64,000 nt of DNA from Candidatus Wildermuthbacteria bacterium (lineage in GTDB: Bacteria > Patescibacteriota > Minisyncoccia > Minisyncoccales > UBA10102): assembly GCA_016181405.1 (NCBI GenBank), contig JACOZJ010000005.1, positions 25,309-89,308 of the forward strand. The letters are read 5' to 3'. A program made the translations under genes and the position numbers. Below the pieces are notes generated by a model. It saw nothing but the letters and a program-made list of their open reading frames with translations. It was not told the origin of the DNA and searched no databases. Within the stretch, counting starts at the first letter, position 1, and the number at the start of each line of letters is the position of its first letter. Positions 57,299 through 64,000 of this stretch are shown piece by piece.

Positions 57299-58372
57299 AT
57301 GACATTCAAAAAAATTATCGGTTCTGTTCTTCTTCCAGTGTTCGCACTGGGATTGTACACGTTTCCACAAGGAACTTTCGCTAAGTCCGGTGGAGATGTA
57401 GAAATTACCAACAACAACTCCGCTGTCGTGACTAATTACGTGAAGGTGGAAGCGGAAACCGGCGATAATCAGGCAAATGGCGGTAATGGCGGCGACGCTG
57501 GAAACGGCGGCGACGGTGATAACGCTGGTGATGGTGGTAATGGTGGCGACGGCGCAGAGGGCGGTGATGCTGGCGATGGCGGTGACGGCGGAAATGGCGG
57601 AAACGGTGGCGACTCAAATGAAGAAGGTAATGGTGGCGATGGCGAAGATGGTGGTGACGCTGGCGATGGCGGCGACGCTGGAAACGGCGGCGACGGCGCA
57701 GAAGGCGGTGAAGGTGGAAACGGCGGCGACGGCGCGCAAGGTGGTGAGGGTGGTGCCGGCGGAATCGGCGGCATTATTGACACCGGCGACGCGACTGCCT
57801 TAGCTTTGGTTGGAAATGATGTGAATTCCAACAATACCACTGTACGCGGCTGTGGCTGCGACGATGAGGAAGATGGTGGCCATTGGGGACACCGAAGACA
57901 TCGTGGTGAGGGCGACGTAGAGGTTGTAAACAACAATTCTGGTGTTGTGGCCAATACCGTAGAGGTTGAGGCAGAAACCGGAGAAAACACCGCAGACGGC
58001 GGTGATGCCGGCGACGCTGGAAACGGTGGCGATGGCGCCCAAGGCGGTGATGCTGGAAACGGTGGCGATGGCGACGAGGGTGGTGAAGGTGGCGCAGGCG
58101 GCGATGGCGGCAACGGTGGTGAAGGTGGCGATGGATGGAATGGCGGGCAAGGCGGTGATGGTGGTGAAGGATGGAATGGCGGCAAAGGCGGTGATGGTGG
58201 TGAAGGTGGTAATGGTGCAGCAGCTGGCGACGGCGGCAACGGTGGTGACGGCGAAGCAGGCGGTGATGGCGGTGAAGGAGGAGGCGATGGTCGTATTACG
58301 ACCGGAGATGCCGACTCTACAGCTGCTGTCGTAAATGTTGTAAACCGCAACGTTACACGCGTTCGCAGATAG
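57299..58372 (+). CDS. secreted Gly/Asp/Asn-rich repeat protein built from two 'N-x-N...TG-x-N / TGDA' modules
   Basis: Signal peptide. VEITNNNSAVVTNYVKVEAETGDNQANGG, then about 100 aa of GGD/GGN/GGE, then IDTGDATALALVGNDVNSNNTTV. The same order then repeats (VEVVNNNSGVVANTVEVEAETGENTADGG ... ITTGDADSTAAVVNVVNRNVTRV). Confidence 0.7.
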   Translation: MTFKKIIGSVLLPVFALGLYTFPQGTFAKSGGDVEITNNNSAVVTNYVKVEAETGDNQANGGNGGDAGNGGDGDNAGDGGNGGDGAEGGDAGDGGDGGNGGNGGDSNEEGNGGDGEDGGDAGDGGDAGNGGDGAEGGEGGNGGDGAQGGEGGAGGIGGIIDTGDATALALVGNDVNSNNTTVRGCGCDDEEDGGHWGHRRHRGEGDVEVVNNNSGVVANTVEVEAETGENTADGGDAGDAGNGGDGAQGGDAGNGGDGDEGGEGGAGGDGGNGGEGGDGWNGGQGGDGGEGWNGGKGGDGGEGGNGAAAGDGGNGGDGEAGGDGGEGGGDGRITTGDADSTAAVVNVVNRNVTRVRR

Positions 58373-58460
58373 TTTCTCTGAAGGTTCCATCCGCCTCATC
58401 GGCGGATGGGCCTTCACGTATGCCTTTGAGGCTTTACTCAAAAGCATATGGGAAGGCATT

Positions 58461-58916
58461 ATGAAATTGTTTCACTATACATTCTTAGCGCTACTTGTAA
58501 GCTTTGTATTGGCGCCAAACGAGGCTGAAGCAACAACGGTGCAAAATGAAGTTTCGGTACGCGCCTCGACAGGAGGGAATTCGTCAGCTGGGCAGGTAGT
58601 TGAAGGAGAAGCACGAGCTTCGGTATTTATCGAGACAACTGTTGATGGGGAAGTGGTTCAGCATGTGGAAGAAGAAAAAACAGGCACGGGAGGAGAATCA
58701 GTTGAAATAAAAAAGGAGGTAGAGTACAAGAGCGATATAGCGGAAGTAGAAATAGAAACAGAGGCAAGCGTTGAAATTCAAGAACAATCTGATTCAACAA
58801 CCGTAAATCACGAGGTCGAACAGAGCCAAGAAGAACAAGAGAATAAAAAGGAAAGCCTGCTGATAGCTTCGATTGTCGGATTTTTCCGAAAAATCTTCAG
58901 CTGGTTTCTCGCATAA
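58461..58916 (+). CDS. secreted acidic protein with one half-module and a C-terminal hydrophobic tail
   Basis: Signal peptide, VQNEVSVRASTGGNSSAG, a Glu-rich centre, and the C-terminus LLIASIVGFFRKIFSWFLA. Confidence 0.55.
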   Translation: MKLFHYTFLALLVSFVLAPNEAEATTVQNEVSVRASTGGNSSAGQVVEGEARASVFIETTVDGEVVQHVEEEKTGTGGESVEIKKEVEYKSDIAEVEIETEASVEIQEQSDSTTVNHEVEQSQEEQENKKESLLIASIVGFFRKIFSWFLA

Positions 58917-58922
58917 AAAGGT

Positions 58923-61900
58923 ATGAAGAAATTAGTAAAAACAACAGTAATATGTTTTCTCTTAGTGGGATTGCAAGCGCCTGTCGTGAGTTTGCCGTTT
59001 GAGGCCTTTGCGCAGGAAAGCGATCCGCAAGTGGAACAAAAGGCAGAGGAAAAAGCGCCTGATGGGAAAGATGGCGTGAAGGGGGTGGACGGCGAAGATG
59101 GTTCAGCAGGACAGGATGGGGAGTCTGGCGACGAGGGGCAACCTACAGAACAACAGCCTGCGCAGGATGGTGAAAATGGTGAAAACGGCGATCCTGGCGA
59201 GAGCGGCGAAGCTGGTGGTGAAGAAGATGGCCAGAACGGCGGTGATGCGACTAACGGCCAGATAGGCGGTGATGGAGAAGACGGCGCAGGCGGTGCAGAG
59301 GGTGAAGATGGCCAAGATTCTCCCGCGGATCAGGAAGAATCTTCCGAAGGAGATACTGTTGTTGAAACTGGCGACGCAACCTCTGTAGGCCAAATCCAGA
59401 ATACTGGAAACACAAATGTGGTGGCTGGGAACGATCCTTTGATTGCGCAAGACGAGGAACTCCCGCCGTTGTGTTCCGATAAAACAAGAAAGGATGAGGG
59501 CAAGGAAGGAAAAGAGAGTAAGGCTGAAGAGGAGGAAGGTGGCGAGGAAGAGGTGAGGTGCATTGAAGAAGATGAAAGCGGGGGCGATACAGAAGTAGAA
59601 AATCAAAATGCCGCCACCGTAGCAAACACGGCAGATATTCAGGCAGATACCGGCGACAACGAAGCGTCGGGAAACAATGGAAGCAGTACGATTGATACGG
59701 GTGACGCCACCGCGATACTCGATGTGTTTAACTTAGTAAATACAAATATTATTGATTCAAACGGATTAATCGTTCTTCTTTCGAATCTCAAAAAACAGCT
59801 TCTCGATTTTGATTTGCGAAAATGGGCTCCATTTATGGATGGTTACAATGGAAGTTGCGGGGATGGATGCTATCGTTTTGGGGATTTGGAAATACAAACT
59901 AAAAATGATGGCAGTATTTCCAACAGCATCGTAGTACGGGCGAACACCGGCGGAAACGAGGCTTCGGGGAATGCGGGAGATGCAACCATTGAGACCGGAG
60001 ACGCGTATGCCGCAGCGAACGTCATCAACTTCGCGAATACCAATATTGTGAATTCCAATTATTTACTGTTTATTGCCAATAACTTTGGTTCTTTCATGGG
60101 GGATATCGTGTTTCCAAATTCGTCATCCTTCTTTTCATCTTTGTTCTCTGCGCCTGCTCAAGTATACGACGAAACTACAATCGAAAACACCAACAACGCA
60201 GCCATTTCAAATACCGTGGAAGTGGGGGCTGAAGCAGGCGGAAACGAAGCGAATGGCAATGGAACTTCGATTATCCAGACAGGGGATTCTTCTGCCGCGG
60301 CAAATATATTCAACCAGGCAAATGTGAATTTGTTCGGAGGGAATTCATTTGTGGCGCTTATTCGAGTAAGCGGAGACTGGTCTGGGAATGTGTTTGGATT
60401 GCCAGAGGGGATTTCTTGGTCACAAACGCCAGACGGAATTATGCTTTATTCAGACGATATGAATATTGGCGGAATGAGTTCTTTGTCGGAGCCTCCGCCC
60501 TGCGAGGAGTGCACCGAGGAATCTGAAGGTGAGAAGGCTGGAAAAGGCAGTAAGGCGGAGCACTCGGAACTCTCCGTAGAAAACACGAATAATGCTACCA
60601 TTACCAACGACATTCAAGTCTTTGCGCTTACGGGCGACAACCAAGCAAATGGCAATGGCAAGGGCTCCTCGATCCAAACGGGAAAGGCGCAGGCAGTAGC
60701 AAATGTGGTGAATATTGCCAACACCAACGTTATCGGGAAAAACTGGCTGTTTGCGATATTTAACATACTGGGGGACTTCAAGGGGAACATTAGTTTTGGG
60801 AGGCCAGACTTGTGGATTGGTTCACGCGCGGAAATTGTAAACGATCCTGCGTTACCAGGCGACGAAATTACGTATTACCTTACAATAGCAAATAACGGTG
60901 ACGCTGTGGCACGCAATGTGCAGATAAAGAGCGTTTTCGACGATTTGCTCTTTTCTGCCGGGAGCGCCGAGGGCAGCTCGACGATTCGGGAAGGCGAAGT
61001 CACGTGGGATTTGGGTACGTTGCTTCCCGGGGAAGGGCGCGAAGTTTCTTTTTCGGGGAGTGTCCGGACCGATATTCCATTTGGAATTCATCCGTTTGTG
61101 AATACGAGCAGCGTAGGAGCGACCGAAAGTGATAATAACGCAGCGGATAATACCGATATTGTTGAATTGGCGGTGTTTCATGAGGATCCAAGCTCTGGAT
61201 CGGATTCCGAAAATGGAGGATCGGGCAGCGGTGAGGAAGGCAATACGTCCGATAACGGTGGTAATGGCGGAGATACAGGAAGTAACGGTGGCAATGCCGG
61301 AGGTGGGAATGGAGTCACTGGAGGAAATTCTGCGCAATCTTCGGGCTCTTCTGCTCCTTCAGCAAGTTCTAAACAAACTCCCAACCTTTGGGTGCGGAAA
61401 AGTTTTGCGGGCGAAGGAATCGTACAAGCAGGCGATTCTGTCGATTACACCGTGGTTGTCACGAACACGAACGGCAGTTCTGCGTATGATGCAGTTTTAG
61501 TCGACACGCTGAAGGATGGAGAAGGAGATGTTGTGCATGAGGAAGTTTGGGATTTGGGAGAGATTTTTCCTGACGAGGGAATCTTCGTGACGTATACAGT
61601 GGTATTCCAAGAGCGCGCGGAATCTGGACTCTATATAAACAATGCGCGCGTGGAAGCTTCAAACGCAATTTCGAATACGGCGCAAGTTGGAATTTCCGTG
61701 GAAGGCCAAGAGGCTTCAATAATTCCTCCTCTCGCGCTTGGAGAGTCAGCTCCGCTCCTCTCCTTCATGGACGAAGATGCCAAGGTCTTGGGGACAGAAG
61801 AATCAAGTGAAGAGTCCACATCCGCCAGTACGCAGCCATTGGTTAGCGGACGTGAACGCCAGCCGTTTCTCGCCTCTCTGGCAGAGAGCGCTCGGGGATA

Positions 61901-61985
61901 TAGCGGGTGGCTCGCGGCGCTCGGGGCAGCTTCCATCCTTTTGCTTCTTCTGCTCCTTGGGAGAAAAAAGTTGGGAGGGCAATAG
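58923..61985 (+). CDS. 1020-aa surface protein: acidic Gly-rich N-terminus, at least 4 'N-x-N...TG-x-N / TGDA' modules, DUF11-like repeats, C-terminal TM anchor
   Basis: Example module: EVENQNAATVANTADIQADTGDNEASGNNGSSTIDTGDATAILDVFNLVNTNII. PGDEITYYLTIANNGDAVARNVQI and GDSVDYTVVVTNTNGSSAYDAVLVD are DUF11-like. The C-terminus is ...WLAALGAASILLLLLLLGRKKLGGQ. Confidence 0.7.
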   Translation: MKKLVKTTVICFLLVGLQAPVVSLPFEAFAQESDPQVEQKAEEKAPDGKDGVKGVDGEDGSAGQDGESGDEGQPTEQQPAQDGENGENGDPGESGEAGGEEDGQNGGDATNGQIGGDGEDGAGGAEGEDGQDSPADQEESSEGDTVVETGDATSVGQIQNTGNTNVVAGNDPLIAQDEELPPLCSDKTRKDEGKEGKESKAEEEEGGEEEVRCIEEDESGGDTEVENQNAATVANTADIQADTGDNEASGNNGSSTIDTGDATAILDVFNLVNTNIIDSNGLIVLLSNLKKQLLDFDLRKWAPFMDGYNGSCGDGCYRFGDLEIQTKNDGSISNSIVVRANTGGNEASGNAGDATIETGDAYAAANVINFANTNIVNSNYLLFIANNFGSFMGDIVFPNSSSFFSSLFSAPAQVYDETTIENTNNAAISNTVEVGAEAGGNEANGNGTSIIQTGDSSAAANIFNQANVNLFGGNSFVALIRVSGDWSGNVFGLPEGISWSQTPDGIMLYSDDMNIGGMSSLSEPPPCEECTEESEGEKAGKGSKAEHSELSVENTNNATITNDIQVFALTGDNQANGNGKGSSIQTGKAQAVANVVNIANTNVIGKNWLFAIFNILGDFKGNISFGRPDLWIGSRAEIVNDPALPGDEITYYLTIANNGDAVARNVQIKSVFDDLLFSAGSAEGSSTIREGEVTWDLGTLLPGEGREVSFSGSVRTDIPFGIHPFVNTSSVGATESDNNAADNTDIVELAVFHEDPSSGSDSENGGSGSGEEGNTSDNGGNGGDTGSNGGNAGGGNGVTGGNSAQSSGSSAPSASSKQTPNLWVRKSFAGEGIVQAGDSVDYTVVVTNTNGSSAYDAVLVDTLKDGEGDVVHEEVWDLGEIFPDEGIFVTYTVVFQERAESGLYINNARVEASNAISNTAQVGISVEGQEASIIPPLALGESAPLLSFMDEDAKVLGTEESSEESTSASTQPLVSGRERQPFLASLAESARGYSGWLAALGAASILLLLLLLGRKKLGGQ

Positions 61986-62006
61986 AGTTTGTGCTACAAT
62001 TGACGA

Positions 62007-62825
62007 ATGCTTGAAGGGATTATATTAGGAATCATTCAGGGAATCACAGAGTGGCTGCCGATAAGCTCGGAAGCGGCTGTTATACTCGTGAAAGCAAATT
62101 TCTTTGGAGGAGAAGAAACTGTAACGGAACTCATTGGATTTGCTTTGTTTTTGCATCTCGGTACATTTTTGGCAGCATCGTGGTATTTGCGCGATGACGT
62201 AATTGCTCTTATAAAACTACTGTTTCGTCCTCGGCGCATATTCCAGCAGGGAGAGATCGAACGGATGGCACGTTTTCTCTTACTCTCAACGGTTTTAAGC
62301 GCAGCAGTCGGTTACCTTGTGCTTGAAGTTATCTTGCCTTCCGTAGAGCGGGATATAATGGCTTCTACAAAGGTTATTACTGGAAGTGTTGGGATATTGC
62401 TTTTGGCAACCGCGCTTTTGCAATTTCAGGCAAAACGGAAAAAGCGCTCCGTGCAGAAAGAGGCCCCGGATTTGCAGGATCGCGATGGCGTTCTACTCGG
62501 TTTTATCCAGGGGCTTACAGTTTTGCCCGGGCTTTCGCGTTCCGGTTTAACTATTTCTGCCTTGCTTCTGCGAAACTATTCAGATACTACTGCATTGCGC
62601 ATAAGCTTTTTGATGAGTTTGCCGGCGGTGCTCGGTGCCAATATTTTTTTGTACGTAAAAGAAGGGATTGAACTGAACGCCTCCTTGATTTTTGGAGCTA
62701 TTTTTGCGTTTCTTTTTGGCATTCTTACCATTCATCTGTTGTTCCGCATTGCCCGCAACGTTAATTTCGCGTACTTTGTTTTTCTGTTTGGAATTCTTAC
62801 TATTATCTCTGTATTTTTGCAGTAA
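62007..62825 (+). CDS. uppP: undecaprenyl-diphosphate phosphatase
   Basis: GIIQGITEWLPISSEA and QGLTVLPGLSRSGLTIS are BacA/UppP motifs. Confidence 0.9.
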   Translation: MLEGIILGIIQGITEWLPISSEAAVILVKANFFGGEETVTELIGFALFLHLGTFLAASWYLRDDVIALIKLLFRPRRIFQQGEIERMARFLLLSTVLSAAVGYLVLEVILPSVERDIMASTKVITGSVGILLLATALLQFQAKRKKRSVQKEAPDLQDRDGVLLGFIQGLTVLPGLSRSGLTISALLLRNYSDTTALRISFLMSLPAVLGANIFLYVKEGIELNASLIFGAIFAFLFGILTIHLLFRIARNVNFAYFVFLFGILTIISVFLQ

Positions 62826-62893
62826 GCGTGTTGTTAATAATTTGTGGAAAACTCCACAAATTAAGCGTGAGCAGTAATTCGCTATTTTAGGTA

Positions 62894-62923
62894 TTGACAA
62901 GATATGGAAATAAAAAATATAAT
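62894..62923 (+). promoter_or_regulatory. consensus sigma-70 promoter (TTGACA-18-TATAAT) with no ORF behind it
   Basis: TTGACA at 62894-62899 and TATAAT at 62918-62923. Downstream lie about 200 nt of non-coding structured sequence. Confidence 0.45.
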
Positions 62924-63313
62924 TAAAGTGGAAGAAAGGTTTAAAAAATAAATAGTATTATATTCTTTAGTTAGAAAAAAGATGGGGGCAAGAAAGGTCG
63001 AATAAAAAAATAACGCCGTAAACTTACTATGGCAGCGAGAGATTCTCCTTAGCAGAGGGCCCGAGGGCTCAAAGCAGGCGGAGAGCCCTCGGGCCTAGAA
63101 GAAAGCCTCCACACCCCCCCAACAAGGGGGTTTGGCTTTTATAAGCAGGGTTGACAAAAGAGAGGAGGGGATGATACGATAATGATGTACTCTCGTCGAA
63201 GTATATGTAGTATTGTGCCTTCATAAAAAAGTGGCACACTGAGAACCGAAGTTGATTTTAACTTCTCAATACTAGTGGAAAACGAGAATCAGTACGGACG
63301 ATTCGAACGTGAA

Positions 63314-63451
63314 ATGTTTCCTGCGGTATGCGCCGATTGCGGCAAAGATACGCAGGTGCCGTTTAAGCCAAGCGGCGACCGTCCGGTGTATTGTAGCGAC
63401 TGCTACAGCAAGCACCGAGACAGCAGGCCACGAAGAGACTTCCGAAGATAA
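63314..63451 (+). CDS. small CxxC...CxxC zinc-finger protein (45 aa)
   Basis: MFPAVCADCGKDTQVPFKPSGDRPVYCSDCYSKHRDSRPRRDFRR is a pattern I recall as common in CPR genomes. The track ORF 63309..63545 is in a different frame. An upstream GTG at 63275 is an alternative start. Confidence 0.6.
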   Translation: MFPAVCADCGKDTQVPFKPSGDRPVYCSDCYSKHRDSRPRRDFRR

Positions 63452-63598
63452 GATAAAACATAAACTCCCCTCAATGGGGAGCTTATGCTTATATTCGAGA
63501 GGGAGTGGGGAAAAGAAGCTTGACGTACCCTCTGCTTTAATTTAAGCTAAAGTAATAGTTCAAGGTCATTCTATCAGCTTTAATTATTTATTTTTTCT

Positions 63599-63766
63599 AT
63601 GCCAACCGAAGGCTACTGCGTAAAGTGTAAGGCAAAGCGCGAGATGACGAACGAGGAAAAGACCGAGATCAAGAAGAAAGGCGGCGGCACGCGCCCTGCT
63701 ATGAAAGGAACTTGCCCTGTCTGTGGGACGGGGATGTTCAAGATCCTTCCGATGTCAGCGGCATAA
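63599..63766 (+). CDS. DUF5679-like zinc-ribbon mini-protein (55 aa)
   Basis: MPTEGYCVKCKAKREMTNEE...AMKGTCPVCGTGMFKIL. Not in the ORF track (under 60 aa). Confidence 0.6.
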   Translation: MPTEGYCVKCKAKREMTNEEKTEIKKKGGGTRPAMKGTCPVCGTGMFKILPMSAA

Positions 63767-63798
63767 ATTATATTAGGGATTTTGACCACAGCATCTCT

Positions 63799-63828
63799 GC
63801 CACGCCATATCTGGCGTGGCTTTGTGTT
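63799..63828 (+). terminator. rho-independent terminator
   Basis: GCCACGCCA-tatc-TGGCGTGGC followed by TTTGTGTT. Confidence 0.65.
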
Positions 63829-63839
63829 AGAATAATCCC

Positions 63840-64000
63840 ATGGAGAAATGGCGAGTGTACGCATTAGGGGTATTGTGTGCTTTACTATTGGCCAATTGGG
63901 CAGCTTGGGGCTATGTGGCGGCGGGGAATGGCGTGCGCGTAACATTCTTCGACGTAGGGCAAGGCGATGGCATTTTCGTTGAAACGCCACAAGGCCATCA
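63840..64000 (+). CDS. ComEC/Rec2-related metallo-beta-lactamase domain protein, 5' part (runs off the window)
   Basis: MEKWRVYALGVLCALLLANW (TM), then VRVTFFDVGQGDGIFVETPQGH, the MBL-domain start typical of ComEC-like proteins. Confidence 0.55.
   Translation, partial: MEKWRVYALGVLCALLLANWAAWGYVAAGNGVRVTFFDVGQGDGIFVETPQGH

Noticed and set aside
58382-58415. The GAAGG-TT-CCATCCGCC / GGCGGATGG-G-CCTTC hairpin after the Gly-rich gene could be a terminator.
   Set aside because: The stem is good, but no U-tract follows on either strand. I therefore did not call it as a terminator. It may still stabilise the mRNA 3' end.
57432-58459. Long ORFs in several frames and on both strands, such as the 293-aa Pro/Ser-rich ORF at 57469..58350 (-) and the 219-aa ORF at 57800..58459 (-).
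   Set aside because: They mirror the GGN/GAY codon repeats of the + strand Gly/Asp-rich gene. They lack starts with an SD or a signal peptide. The + strand frame has a signal peptide and conserved flanking modules.
62980-63145. A possible tmRNA, SRP RNA or RNase P RNA. GGGGGCAAGAAAGGTCGAA vaguely recalls a tmRNA 5' end, and AGCAGG recalls SRP helix 8.
   Set aside because: There is no matching 3' acceptor/T-arm (..GGTTCxAxTCC..CCACCA) and no plausible resume codon or Ala-rich tag. The SRP GNRA-loop and symmetric-loop order is absent, as is the RNase P GAAAGUCC-type signature. I keep it only as a generic sRNA candidate.
63309-63545. The 78-aa ORF from the supplied track (MKCFLRYAPIAAKIRRCRLSQ...).
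   Set aside because: The overlapping frame encodes a textbook CxxC..CxxC zinc-finger mini-protein (63314-63451). The track ORF reads through that gene's stop and the downstream intergenic DNA.

Overview
The gene content of this 64-kb window looks like a small-genome, CPR/Patescibacteria-like bacterium. Supporting genes include DUF5652 and DUF5679 mini-proteins, small CxxC zinc-finger proteins, DUF763, a reduced ATP synthase and an oxidative pentose-phosphate block. This is my inference and has not been searched. Nearly all genes lie on the + strand. The conserved core has five parts. (1) A complete F-type ATP synthase operon at 26.3-32.9 kb, ordered atpB-E-F-H-A-[extra ORF]-G-D-C. (2) The block zwf-gnd-pgl-tal plus a GH15 glucoamylase at 38.6-44.6 kb. 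(3) A thiol/disulfide block at 35.9-38.5 and 44.6-47.4 kb, with Grx fragments, ArsR, CcdA, TrxB, two DsbA genes and VKOR. (4) The genes tgt, a CofE-like gene, uppP and an archaeal-type UMP kinase. (5) An envelope/glycan cluster at 49-62 kb, with a processive GT2, a GT-C-like membrane protein, a 1193-aa GSDH-PKD-LamG protein, GH6, and three secreted repeat proteins. The accessory DNA falls into two parts. The first is a GC-rich island at about 6.6-11.6 kb carrying an HNH-associated-repeat protein, a ParB-like nuclease-domain protein, RNase III and a sigma-70-like protein. The second is an AT-rich defence-type island at about 11.6-20.4 kb. It carries a T5orf172/GIY-YIG gene, a Zn-ribbon protein, a Type III mod with an in-frame TGA and a 39-nt tandem duplication, a ClpP-fold protease ORF between mod and res, and res frameshifted at an A6 tract. 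It also carries an HsdS remnant, a patatin, a RelE-type TA pair, and a DUF433/DUF5615 TA cassette that disrupts ychF. Other notable signals are an 80-nt hairpin repeat present three times between cistrons, in-frame GC-rich mini-insertions in CDSs, duplicated truncated glutaredoxin genes, leaderless consensus promoters, and an 84-nt element with 21-nt inverted ends. I found no rRNA, tRNA or CRISPR array. All calls come from reading the sequence and ORF track by eye. No database search was run.
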